From Candidatus Bathyarchaeota archaeon (GTDB taxonomy: Archaea; Thermoproteota; Bathyarchaeia; Hecatellales; Hecatellaceae), in NCBI GenBank assembly GCA_052246995.1, contig JBQPWD010000004.1, positions 96,001-160,000 on the forward strand: a stretch of DNA of 64,000 bases, read 5' to 3'. Shown here in pieces: positions 28,410 through 37,502 of the stretch. Position 1 is the first letter of the stretch. Each line of letters begins with the position of its first letter. Position numbers and translations under genes: made by a program. The notes under the pieces were generated by a model that ran no database searches, was not told the origin of the DNA, and saw nothing but the letters and a program-made list of their open reading frames with translations.

Positions 28410-29999
28410 TTAGCTAACCTGTATTTTTACTCCTAAGAAAACTGGTCCTTTAACGATTATTTTTTTATTTTTACTTGTTATGTAACGTTCAGCTTGAGGT
28501 TTAATTTTAATGTTTACATCACTTGGATGTTTAACAACTTTTACACGTAGGTTAAGTTCACCTACACTGCCTTCTTCAACCATTTTCTCCAATCTTGCGG
28601 CAGCCATTGAGGCTATAGCCTCAAGGTAAGTTATTCCTGTCGAGACACCTTTCTCTCTGGCTTCTAAAACAAGTTTTTCTTTTTCAAACCCTTTTTCAGG
28701 TATTCCTAGGATGTTTCCTTGGTAAACGTAGATGATGTTTAAGGCTGCTGGGCCTAAAAGTTTAGCGTTAACATCTGACTCGTAAACATAAACTTTGACG
28801 TTTCTACCTAGAAGCTTATCTTCATACACCAAAAACTGGCATGGTCCCTTTTCTTCACCATACCTTAAAAAGGCTTGAACAATGGCATTTTTAACTTTTT
28901 CACCTTCAAGGGTTTTAGGTTTTTCGTCAATTTCAACCATTTTTGCAATTTCCAAGTCGCTATATTCTGGTTGAAGGTAGAAATGCGGGTAGGCTAACCG
29001 TCTAATATCATTTTCACCTGTAATTATCATTGCCAATCTTTCAATGCCAAAACCAGCATTAAAAACAGGATATTCTACACCGTAGTTTGCAAGTGCAACA
29101 GGTGAGTATAGTCCTTCATCTCCAACTTCAACCCATTCACCATTAAACTTGATGAACACTTCAGCTTCGGTTTGAGGTGCATAATACTTGCTTGTAGCTT
29201 TTTTAATAATAAACTTGACATCGTTAAAACCAAGTTTAGATAGGACAATTTTTGTAAGCTCCATACCGTCTTCCAAACTTATATTTTCAGCCATAACAAC
29301 AAGAGAAGCAACATGGGATTCGTAGAGGTGTAAAAAGTCTAAACTTTGTTCTCTTCTAAACTTTAAACCTATGGAAAAAAGTTTTACTGGAAGTTCAAGT
29401 TTATCTTTAATGTTTGCTAAAACAGGAAACCATAAAGCAGTCATGTGAGACCTTAAAATAAGCTTTGACGATAATGGTTTAAGCTGTAAAAATTCTGGGA
29501 AAATTTTTAAAATTGATGTTGCAGTTTCAGGTTTAACTGAAAGCTTATCCACAATTTCTTCAACAAGATTGTCGCTTTCAATTTTTCCTTCCTTGTACTC
29601 CCTAAATATTTTTTTAAGTACAGTAACATTGTCCTCGTTAAACTCGGGTATTAAACTTTTGATTTTACCAATCTTCTCTTTACTTATACCTATATCCGGC
29701 CTTGGAAGGGTTGCAAGATAAAAACATCTATCCAGAATTATTGGAGCTTCAGGACCATACTGCCTGTAAACCTCACCCTCCTCAACAATGCTTGGATTTA
29801 AAACTTCATCAAAACCAAGTGAAAGAAGTGTTTCTCTAAATTTTAAAGCTAAATCTATGACTGGATGAGTTTTGCCTTTACCTTCAACCCAGTTTATGTT
29901 TCTGCCTTCAATCTTAACAAGCTTACCAGTTTCAATCCAAGCTTTTTCAAAATCTTCTTCAGCCATTTTTCTAATCTCTTTAACGTTAAACTTGGCCAA
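28410..29999 (-). CDS. sepS: O-phosphoseryl-tRNA(Cys) synthetase (SepRS)
   Basis: GKTHPV, GFDEVLNP, QYGPEAPIILDRCFYLATLPRPDIG, LRSHMT, FRREQ, SKYYAP, GLYSPVAL, GFGIERLAM, LLGPAALN. Confidence 0.93.
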   Translation of the reverse strand: MAKFNVKEIRKMAEEDFEKAWIETGKLVKIEGRNINWVEGKGKTHPVIDLALKFRETLLSLGFDEVLNPSIVEEGEVYRQYGPEAPIILDRCFYLATLPRPDIGISKEKIGKIKSLIPEFNEDNVTVLKKIFREYKEGKIESDNLVEEIVDKLSVKPETATSILKIFPEFLQLKPLSSKLILRSHMTALWFPVLANIKDKLELPVKLFSIGLKFRREQSLDFLHLYESHVASLVVMAENISLEDGMELTKIVLSKLGFNDVKFIIKKATSKYYAPQTEAEVFIKFNGEWVEVGDEGLYSPVALANYGVEYPVFNAGFGIERLAMIITGENDIRRLAYPHFYLQPEYSDLEIAKMVEIDEKPKTLEGEKVKNAIVQAFLRYGEEKGPCQFLVYEDKLLGRNVKVYVYESDVNAKLLGPAALNIIYVYQGNILGIPEKGFEKEKLVLEAREKGVSTGITYLEAIASMAAARLEKMVEEGSVGELNLRVKVVKHPSDVNIKIKPQAERYITSKNKKIIVKGPVFLGVKIQVS

Positions 30000-30645
30000 G
30001 CTTAAAATCACCAGTCTTAACTCTTTTCCTGTCTAAAAGCTTTAAATACTCCTCTAAACCTTTTCTTCTTTTTTCAAGTAAAAGTTCACTTCCAGCTGAC
30101 TCTACAAGGTGTCTTGTAACATCACATTTTCTTCTTAGTAGAGGTACAACCAGAAAAACATGTTCATTTAAGGCTGAAAGCATTTTGTAAATGTCTTCCA
30201 TATGTTTAAAGTAGTGTTCAGCTTTTTTTACATCTCCAATTCTAAGACACTCTGAAACTTTACGTTTAAGTTCGCCAACAACATCAGCAAGACCTAAAAC
30301 GTAAGCTGAGGAGGAAACGCCAACCTCTTCAGGTGTTGGATATAATCCAACCTTTTCAATACAGAAGAAGATTGAGGCTTCAGCATATTCTTGACTTGCA
30401 GTAAACAATGCACCGCTGGTTTGAAGTTCAGGTGCATTTTTTAAAAAATCTGTTGTAAGGTTTAACAGCTTTCTAGCTTCATCTAAAGTTTTTTCAGCTT
30501 TTTCAAGCTTGTTTTGATGTAAAAGCAGAATTGTTTTTTTGGATTTTTGGGTTATCTTTCTAGAGTTTAAAAGCATTTTTTCTCTTAAACTGCTTTTAAT
30601 TTTTAACTCTTTTTTAACATTTTTAAGAATTCTCTTAAGAGACAT
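29986..30645 (-). CDS. Translin family protein
   Basis: SQEYAEA, YVLGLADVVGELKR, LRRKCD. Confidence 0.88.
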   Translation of the reverse strand: MSLKRILKNVKKELKIKSSLREKMLLNSRKITQKSKKTILLLHQNKLEKAEKTLDEARKLLNLTTDFLKNAPELQTSGALFTASQEYAEASIFFCIEKVGLYPTPEEVGVSSSAYVLGLADVVGELKRKVSECLRIGDVKKAEHYFKHMEDIYKMLSALNEHVFLVVPLLRRKCDVTRHLVESAGSELLLEKRRKGLEEYLKLLDRKRVKTGDFKLGQV

Positions 30646-30651
30646 GCTTTT

Positions 30652-31608
30652 TTACCTTAACTTTAAAGGTTTTCCCACTCTACTTAAAAGTACAACTCTA
30701 CTATCCCGGGCTTCATCAACAATCTTGTACCCTGTTAGCTTGGTTAAATTTTCAGCAAACATTTTAACATCCTCGTGGGAAGGCATATCTTCGTATGTTA
30801 ATCTTTTTCTTGAGAAACCGACATACATGTAGGATTTAACTTCAACATAGCTACTTTCAGCTTTAGATATAAGTTTAACATAATCCTCAGTATAACCCAT
30901 GTTTAAGCTTTTTGTAAGAGTTATTCTTAAAACGGTTGGACAGTTAAAGTTTTTAAGCAAACTTAAAGACTCGTTTAACCTTTCCCATGCATCAGGAATC
31001 CTAGGTCTACATATCCTGTTAAAAACTTCTTTATTGGGTGCATGAATTGAAATGTAAAGTTGGCTTGGTTGATGGTTTAAGTTTTCAAGAGCTTTAGGGT
31101 TTGTTCCGTTGGTTACAAGAAATGTTGTCATGTTTCTTTTATGAAATTCTTCTATAAGTTCTCCAATTAAAGGGTAGAGTGTTGGTTCTCCTGTAAGGCT
31201 TATGGCTGCATGGTTGGGGTTTAAGGCTTCCTCCCATTTTGACCTTTCAACTTTAGGATGGGGTTTGTAGCCTGTTAAAATTCTTCTTTGAGCTTTAATA
31301 CACTCGTCAATAATAAGTTCAGGTAGGTCAGGTTTAACGTTAAACATCGCTTCGTCAAAGCTTAAGCCTAAATCTTCAGGTTGAACACGCCAGCAGAAAA
31401 GACAACGTAAAGTACAGAAGTATAGGGAAGGTGTCATTTGGAGACAACGGTGGGATGGGATGCCATAAAATTTTTGTTTATAGCAAACCCTACCATAAAC
31501 AAGGCTTTGATGAAGCCAACTACACTTTTTAACAGCAGAATGTCTACCAACAATCTGGTATTTTTCACGTTTAAGTCTTAAATTAAGCTGCTCTAAAAAC
31601 ATTCTCAC
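30652..31608 (-). CDS. taw1: 4-demethylwyosine synthase (radical SAM, Tyw1/Taw1)
   Basis: HSAVKKCSW, CYKQKFYGIPSHRCLQMTP, CTLRCLFCWR, ISLTGEPTLYP, FLVTNG. Confidence 0.95.
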   Translation of the reverse strand: MRMFLEQLNLRLKREKYQIVGRHSAVKKCSWLHQSLVYGRVCYKQKFYGIPSHRCLQMTPSLYFCTLRCLFCWRVQPEDLGLSFDEAMFNVKPDLPELIIDECIKAQRRILTGYKPHPKVERSKWEEALNPNHAAISLTGEPTLYPLIGELIEEFHKRNMTTFLVTNGTNPKALENLNHQPSQLYISIHAPNKEVFNRICRPRIPDAWERLNESLSLLKNFNCPTVLRITLTKSLNMGYTEDYVKLISKAESSYVEVKSYMYVGFSRKRLTYEDMPSHEDVKMFAENLTKLTGYKIVDEARDSRVVLLSRVGKPLKLR

Positions 31609-31822
31609 CCTCCAAAACTGTCAACCTTTATATGCAACCAAACTAAACAAACAATATTCTCTTGAAGGGGGAGAAGAGGTAAATGTAAGTATTACTTCTG
31701 TACGATGAAACATTTATAAGACCTTACCTATCAAGTGGATAAAGGGTTATATTTAAGCCTTAAATTATAACTTAAATAATAAAAGTTTATATCAACCTTG
31801 AAGTTCTGAAACAACTAGAAAA

Positions 31823-31898
31823 GCTCCGGTAGTATAGCCCGGTTAAGTATACCGGCCTTTCGAGCCGGTGGTCGCGGGTTCAAATCCCGCCCGGAGCA
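31823..31898 (+). tRNA. tRNA-Glu(TTC)
   Basis: GCTCCGG/CCGGAGC acceptor, CCGGC-CT TTC GA-GCCGG, T arm GCGGG-TTCAAAT-CCCGC; BRE/TATA-like AAAAGTTTATAT at about 31781. Confidence 0.96.
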
Positions 31899-31937
31899 CT
31901 CCAAATTTGAAAACAAGCCCGAAAAAGGCTTATTTTC

Positions 31938-31967
31938 TGGGACAGTTTGGGACAGTCCTAGGACAGT
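31938..31967 (+). repeat. Three direct repeats T(G/A)GGACAGT at 10-11 bp spacing
   Basis: tgggacagt 31938, tgggacagt 31948, taggacagt 31959, starting 40 nt after tRNA-Glu. Confidence 0.75.
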
Positions 31968-32126
31968 TCCAGGTGGAATATTTGCCCTTGGATAAGGCTG
32001 ATTAAGGTATTTTTCTGAGATTTTTGAAATATTTAAGCCACCCACTTTTTAGTCCTGAACTAAAATGCCAATCCTTAAATATTCTTGTTTTCTAATGACT
32101 AGGTAGGTTTAAGAGCTGTCTTCATA

Positions 32127-32819
32127 ATGAAGTCTTTAAAGAAAGAGTTCCTAGAACTGTTAGACAAGGACCTAGAATTCCGTTATGCTGTAGCTGGCTA
32201 TCTAGGGTTATCTGAAATACTGAAGAGGCTTGACGCCTTAGCCGAAGAACAGACGAAAATATGGGCTGAGATTGCTGGGCTTAGAGAAGAGCAGACAAGA
32301 ATATGGGCTGAGATAAAAGCGCTAAGAGAAGAACAGACGAAAATATGGGTTGAGATTGCTGGGCTTAGAGAGGACTTCAATAAGATGAGGGAAGATTTCA
32401 ATAGAGTGTATAGGCAGTTGGACATTAGGCTTACCAGGGTTGAGCGTACACTAGAGAAGATAACGCTAGATATCGAGGAGGAGGCTAGAATAATAGTTAA
32501 ATATAGGCTTAGAGAGATGGGCTACGAAGTCGAAATAGGTTCGTTAATACTGCCAGAAGTCGAAATAAATATTTACGGCGTCTCAGATGAAATATGCATT
32601 ATAGGTGAAGCATCCGTCAGAGCACCAGTAAACATAATCGACAAAATAAACAGTAACCTCGAGAAACTAAAAACACTATACCCAGACAAGCTGAAACCAA
32701 AAATACTGAAAGTCGTTTATACAAGCCTAGCTATGCCAGACCTAGTTGAAAAAGCCGAAAAAGAGGGTATATGGGTTCTAAAGGCAACAGGCGATATAGT
32801 TAAACCTAAGGACTTATAG
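32127..32819 (+). CDS. Archaeal coiled-coil protein with a C-terminal PD-(D/E)XK-like domain (PaRep/DUF3782-like)
   Basis: LKKEFLELLDKDLEFRYAVAGYLGL N-terminus, heptad repeats, EINIYG..CIIGEAS..AEKEGIWVL C-terminus. Confidence 0.75.
   Translation: MKSLKKEFLELLDKDLEFRYAVAGYLGLSEILKRLDALAEEQTKIWAEIAGLREEQTRIWAEIKALREEQTKIWVEIAGLREDFNKMREDFNRVYRQLDIRLTRVERTLEKITLDIEEEARIIVKYRLREMGYEVEIGSLILPEVEINIYGVSDEICIIGEASVRAPVNIIDKINSNLEKLKTLYPDKLKPKILKVVYTSLAMPDLVEKAEKEGIWVLKATGDIVKPKDL
32244..32369 (+). repeat. 3 x 42-bp in-frame tandem repeat (EEQTKIWAEIAGLR-like units)
   Basis: gaagaacagacgaaaatatgggctgagattgctgggcttaga and two variants. Confidence 0.9.
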
Positions 32820-33271
32820 TCAAACCAACCATTATCTTCTCGCTTCTCTCCAATACCTTATCACCACCAGCCTCCCACTTCAAGGTGAAGACATTGTTTT
32901 TCTTGTTGGCTTTGATGTATGCGTTTTGTCTTCCCGGCGGAAACGTTGACGGAGGAGGTTGTTGAAAAACTTAAGAAAAAACCTAACCTCACATGTAAAT
33001 TTGTAAAATTGGAAAAAGTTGGAAGAAGAATTGGCAATTCCAAAGGTTTTCTGGAAAATTTTTGACGAAAAAACACTCCAACACCTAGCAAAAATACAAA
33101 ACCAACCTCTCATTTAAGGCCATATGATGCCTTATACGGTTTCATTTTAGCTTTAAAATGAAAAAGGTTATTAGACACAATTAATTATCAATTTTTTATT
33201 TGTAACATAACAACCATGGCCAATTAAACAAATCAACCAAAAATTATGGGTAAAGAGTAAAGGGGAAAACA

Positions 33272-34363
33272 ATGAGCAACCAAAACTTGGCACCATCAAT
33301 GTTTATTGGGCTTCGTGGAAAAGGGTTAATCTCTTTTGGTTCAGGACAACCTGACTTACCTCCACCTCCAAACATTAAAAAAGCTTATTCTCGTTTTAAG
33401 GTTTTTAAGTACGGCCTAATCCAAGGAGAATTAAAGTTAAGAAGGGCTTTAGCAAAAGAATATCCACGTTCAAGCCATGAAAACTTTGTAATAACCAACG
33501 GTGCATCTGAAGCCTTAGATTTAACTTTGAGGGCAATATCATCAATAAACAAAAACAATAATAAGAAAAACAAGGTTTTACTGCCAAGACCATACTACTA
33601 CACCTATCCAAGACTGGTTAAACTAGCTGGAATGGAACCTGTTTTCACCAACCTTGTAGATGGAAGAATCGATTTTAAAGATTTTGAGGAAAAAGTTGTA
33701 GACTGTAAGGCTGTACTGATAAATTCACCTTCAAACCCTACTGGAAGGGTAGAATCTATGACAACTTTAAAGAAAATTGAAAAGTTAACAAGCGATTTAG
33801 GTGTATACGTAATATCAGACGAAGTTTACAAGGACCTAATTTATGTAAGAGAAAACTATTTAATAAAAGGTCCTCACGTGATAACAGTAAATTCTTTTTC
33901 AAAAACATATGCACTTTGCGGTTTAAGAATAGGATACCTATGGTCACTAGACCAAGACATAGTAAAAAAAGTTATTGAAATAAAAAATTCAACCTCAATG
34001 AACACAAACATTCTAGCACAAGAAATGGCTTTTGAAGCTTTAAAAGCACCAAAAAGTTTTGTTGAAAAACAGGTTGAAATTTTTAAGAAAAGAAGAGACC
34101 TAATCTACAGCCGCCTAAAAGACATGGGTTTAGAGCTTTGGAAACCTGAAGGGGCATTTTACGTTTTTCCAAAGATTAAAAAATCAGAAGAGTTTGTGTG
34201 GAACATGTTTAAAAAGTACAAGGTAATCACCTACCCTGGAGAATGGTTTGGAATAGAAAACCATGTTAGATTTTCATACGCATTAAACATGGAAGAAATT
34301 GAGGAGGGATTAGAAAGAGTGGAAAAATACTTAAAAAATGAGGGAAAAATCCACCTAGAATAA
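33272..34363 (+). CDS. PLP-dependent aminotransferase class I/II
   Basis: GQPDLP, TNGASEAL, NSPSNPTG, SDEVY, NSFSKTYALCGLRIGY, PEGAFY. Confidence 0.92.
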   Translation: MSNQNLAPSMFIGLRGKGLISFGSGQPDLPPPPNIKKAYSRFKVFKYGLIQGELKLRRALAKEYPRSSHENFVITNGASEALDLTLRAISSINKNNNKKNKVLLPRPYYYTYPRLVKLAGMEPVFTNLVDGRIDFKDFEEKVVDCKAVLINSPSNPTGRVESMTTLKKIEKLTSDLGVYVISDEVYKDLIYVRENYLIKGPHVITVNSFSKTYALCGLRIGYLWSLDQDIVKKVIEIKNSTSMNTNILAQEMAFEALKAPKSFVEKQVEIFKKRRDLIYSRLKDMGLELWKPEGAFYVFPKIKKSEEFVWNMFKKYKVITYPGEWFGIENHVRFSYALNMEEIEEGLERVEKYLKNEGKIHLE

Positions 34364-34371
34364 ACCTTTTA

Positions 34372-36240
34372 CTACATAATCAACCCAAACCTGGAGACTA
34401 AAAATTTTTGATGTTTAGAAACAACCATAAGACATTCTTTAAGAATATTTTCTTCAAACTTTGTCAACTCACTAGGTTTAATATAGTTATCCGGCTCTTC
34501 ACCCTTTAAAGTTTGGGTTAGCTGATGTTTAAGCCTTAAAGTTAAAATAAACTTGTAGGTTTCCTTTAACTCTTCACCTTCTTTTTTTGTTAAAACTCCT
34601 TTACTAACCAAAAAATCTATTCTTTCAAGTGTATTGGTAATAGGAGATTTAACCTCAACTATAAGTGATTTTACACCTGTTACTATTGGAAATAAACCAA
34701 AATGTTTTATGTCTAAACCTTTTTCACCATACTTTATCCCGCCAAAAAAACTTATTGGAGAAGCTATACTCGCACTTACCTCAGCTAGAGACCTAGCACA
34801 ATCCATAGTAATCCTACTCAAAACATACGTGTTTAAGGCTTGAGCTAAACTTTCATCTCCATAAACAGGTCTAAGGTCTAAAAAGAGAGCCAAACGTAGG
34901 AGGTTATCACCGTCTGGAAAACCAATCCACACGTCAAAATATTTTTTCCATTCCTTCAAGCTTTTTCTCCACTGCGGGTTTGAAGCCATATAATTAGCTT
35001 TACATTTAGGTACACCTAACTCTACAAGACCCTCATTGGCTAAGTTTGCCAATTCCTCCAAAAATTTCTCACCTTTCTCATCAACAACATCATCATAGAT
35101 TATAGCGTTATCTTGGTCTGTACGTAATACTTGTTCTCTCCTACCGCTACTTCCCGCAACAACCCAAACATATCTAACAGGTTTCCATAAACTTTCATTC
35201 ATCAACCTTTTTTCCATAATTTCTAAAATTCTTCTTGTAAACATATCATTAATTACAGTAAAAAGCTCAGCCATTTCAACAAAGCCAACACCACGGTTAA
35301 GCAAAGAGTTGATGGCGTTTAATGCTTGTTTATAAATTTTCTTAAGCTCTTCAATTTTATCCGCTTTAACTATCCTTTTTGAAAGAATGGAAAGGGAGTA
35401 GGTTGGCTCCATTGCAACCATTAAATCCTTGGAGGTTACAATACCCTTTACCCTGCTTGTAGCGTTAACAACAACCAAGTGGTTTAGGGATTTTGAGATT
35501 TGAAGAAGATAAGCTTCATAAAGTGCACGGTCCTCATCAATACACACAACGGGAAAACTCATAACTTTTGAGATAGATTGAGAAACATCTATTTTTTCGG
35601 CAATTATTTTTCTAAGGTCTCTTGCGGTTATAATACCCACAGGCCGTTTTTCCTCATCTATAACCACAACAGAACCAACTTTTTCTCTGTACATAAGGTT
35701 AACAGCATCCTGAATTGTTGTGGTTGAAGAACATACAACCGGATCTCTTGTAACAATATCTCCAACTCTACTAATAACCGGATATCTTTCAGGAGCTCTA
35801 ACAAGCTCTTTCTCATAAAGCTTGTAGAGGGTTGTAAGTCTTCTTTCAAGCAGACTTATGTAATAGGCTGAAAAGTTTTTATTTAAATTAAACACTTTTT
35901 TAAAATCTTCACATGGAATCAAAATACATGTTGAATCTTCCTCGGCAACAGCATCTACCTTAACAGGTGCCCCAGAAATTGCGGACACAACACCAAAAGC
36001 TTCTCCAGGCTTTATATGTTCAACAATCTGTGAGTCTGTAAGAAGAAAAACTAGCCCATCATAAAGCACATACAAGTATTTTACTGGAGATTCACCAGCA
36101 TAAAAAATTGTTTCTCCACGTTTAAACTTTCGTACAACAGCATTTTGAATAAGTATTTTTAATTCTTCTTCTTTAAGGAGGAAAAATGGAATATAATTTA
36201 CAAGAAATTTTTGGATTTTTTCTTTTTCCATCTTCACCAA
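34372..36240 (-). CDS. cNMP-binding / tandem CBS / DUF294 nucleotidyltransferase signal protein
   Basis: N-terminal cNMP domain (PGEAFG), CBS pair, GSSGRREQVLRTDQDNA NTase motif, YMASNPQW, FLDLRPVYGD, DIKHFG. Confidence 0.9.
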   Translation of the reverse strand: MVKMEKEKIQKFLVNYIPFFLLKEEELKILIQNAVVRKFKRGETIFYAGESPVKYLYVLYDGLVFLLTDSQIVEHIKPGEAFGVVSAISGAPVKVDAVAEEDSTCILIPCEDFKKVFNLNKNFSAYYISLLERRLTTLYKLYEKELVRAPERYPVISRVGDIVTRDPVVCSSTTTIQDAVNLMYREKVGSVVVIDEEKRPVGIITARDLRKIIAEKIDVSQSISKVMSFPVVCIDEDRALYEAYLLQISKSLNHLVVVNATSRVKGIVTSKDLMVAMEPTYSLSILSKRIVKADKIEELKKIYKQALNAINSLLNRGVGFVEMAELFTVINDMFTRRILEIMEKRLMNESLWKPVRYVWVVAGSSGRREQVLRTDQDNAIIYDDVVDEKGEKFLEELANLANEGLVELGVPKCKANYMASNPQWRKSLKEWKKYFDVWIGFPDGDNLLRLALFLDLRPVYGDESLAQALNTYVLSRITMDCARSLAEVSASIASPISFFGGIKYGEKGLDIKHFGLFPIVTGVKSLIVEVKSPITNTLERIDFLVSKGVLTKKEGEELKETYKFILTLRLKHQLTQTLKGEEPDNYIKPSELTKFEENILKECLMVVSKHQKFLVSRFGLIM

Positions 36241-36323
36241 AAGAATTCTCTATCATTCTTAAATACCTTTTCTAAAAAGAAAATCTCTTAACCAAAAACT
36301 TTAAGAATGGTTTTCTAAAATCT

Positions 36324-37400
36324 TTATTTAGTTGTTGATACTTCCCTTTTACTATAAAGAACTATCTTACTTGGTTTTTCAAGATACCTATTTACGGTTA
36401 TATGGGCTATTGAAGCACCATAATCAGAAATCCTTTCAAAAACTTGGCTTATACATGCAATGCTAACTGCAACTTTTGTTTCTATATTTGTTTCCAGTAT
36501 TTTACCGAGAAATTTCTCATTTTCAAACTCAAACTTTTTCTTTTTTTCGATAGAATTACTTGCTTTTTTTAATTCATTTGTAATAAGACTTTCAAAAGCA
36601 TCGGTGTAGATGCCTAAAGCTTTCTCGCCCATTTGATGTAAATCCTTAACTATAGATTTGTCGAGGTTACTACCATGTCCGTCAACCAGTTTAAGAATAT
36701 GTTTTGCAGCAATTTCAAGGTAGTCAGCTACACTCTCCAAACATTTGGAAATAACTCTATATCCAAGCAGATTACGAGGGTCTTCTATACCAATTTTTTC
36801 CGCTATGTTATGGTTAAGCTGCGCACATAATATGGCACGTACAATTAGCCAGTATAGCATATCTGCCTCAGACTCTCTGTTTATAACCTCTTTTAGTAGG
36901 GTTGGGTCTAAGCTTAAAAGTCCGTCTAAAACTTCCGTAAACATTGTTATGGTTAGGGTAAAAAGCCTTCTTAGCATTGTTGTAAGGGTTATGCTTGAAA
37001 CATCCATAGAACATTGAAGGGTAACTTTATGAGATTCTTCCTCCATTATGCTTAAACCTATCAACTTAAAAGTAATGTTTCTTATAGTGGAAAGCCATTC
37101 ACCACAAATTTTGTTTTGAGAGGATGATATTGTTATAGTTTGGCATCCTATAATGTAGCATCCCACAATAATTCTTTCTAAAAGTTTAGGATTATCACAC
37201 AAATCTAGGTTAACTACCACATGATTAGAATCTTCTTTAGACTTAACCATGTTTATAGGCGCCAATTTAAGCGAACCGTCTTCTTCCTGAGAGTAAATGA
37301 TAACATCTCCTTTTTTTAACCTGTTTTGTTTAATCCACTTTGCTGGTAAAGAAATTGTAAAAGTTGAGTAGCCAACTTTTTGAAGTTTTCTTCCTTCCAT
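36324..37400 (-). CDS. Archaeal phosphate-uptake regulator (AbrB-like N-terminus plus PhoU repeats)
   Basis: RKLQKVGYSTFTISLPAKW..LKKGD, RESEADMLYW, LESVADY, FERISDY. Confidence 0.9.
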   Translation of the reverse strand: MEGRKLQKVGYSTFTISLPAKWIKQNRLKKGDVIIYSQEEDGSLKLAPINMVKSKEDSNHVVVNLDLCDNPKLLERIIVGCYIIGCQTITISSSQNKICGEWLSTIRNITFKLIGLSIMEEESHKVTLQCSMDVSSITLTTMLRRLFTLTITMFTEVLDGLLSLDPTLLKEVINRESEADMLYWLIVRAILCAQLNHNIAEKIGIEDPRNLLGYRVISKCLESVADYLEIAAKHILKLVDGHGSNLDKSIVKDLHQMGEKALGIYTDAFESLITNELKKASNSIEKKKKFEFENEKFLGKILETNIETKVAVSIACISQVFERISDYGASIAHITVNRYLEKPSKIVLYSKREVSTTK

Positions 37401-37407
37401 GTTTCTC

Positions 37408-37434
37408 TCTAGTATACTTAAAGTATATACTAGA
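37408..37434. promoter_or_regulatory. Nested palindrome directly upstream of the PhoU-like regulator
   Basis: TCTAGTATA-N9-TATACTAGA with inner TATACT-TAA-AGTATA. Confidence 0.5.
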
Positions 37435-37502
37435 ATTTATAATTTAAGCTAAATAATTATTTTCTTTTTTACATATTTTACTACCGTGGTAGTGATATAT
37501 AC

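Noticed and set aside
31815-32045. 76-aa minus-strand ORF
   Set aside because: It is the antisense reading of tRNA-Glu and its flank.
32244-32369. Tandem repeats as a possible CRISPR array
   Set aside because: Contiguous in-frame coding repeats with no unique spacers and no cas genes.
32866-32895. AGCCTCCCACTTCAAGGTGAAG as an IS200/IS605 end
   Set aside because: Only half of the expected hairpin is present, with no tnpA/tnpB remnant.
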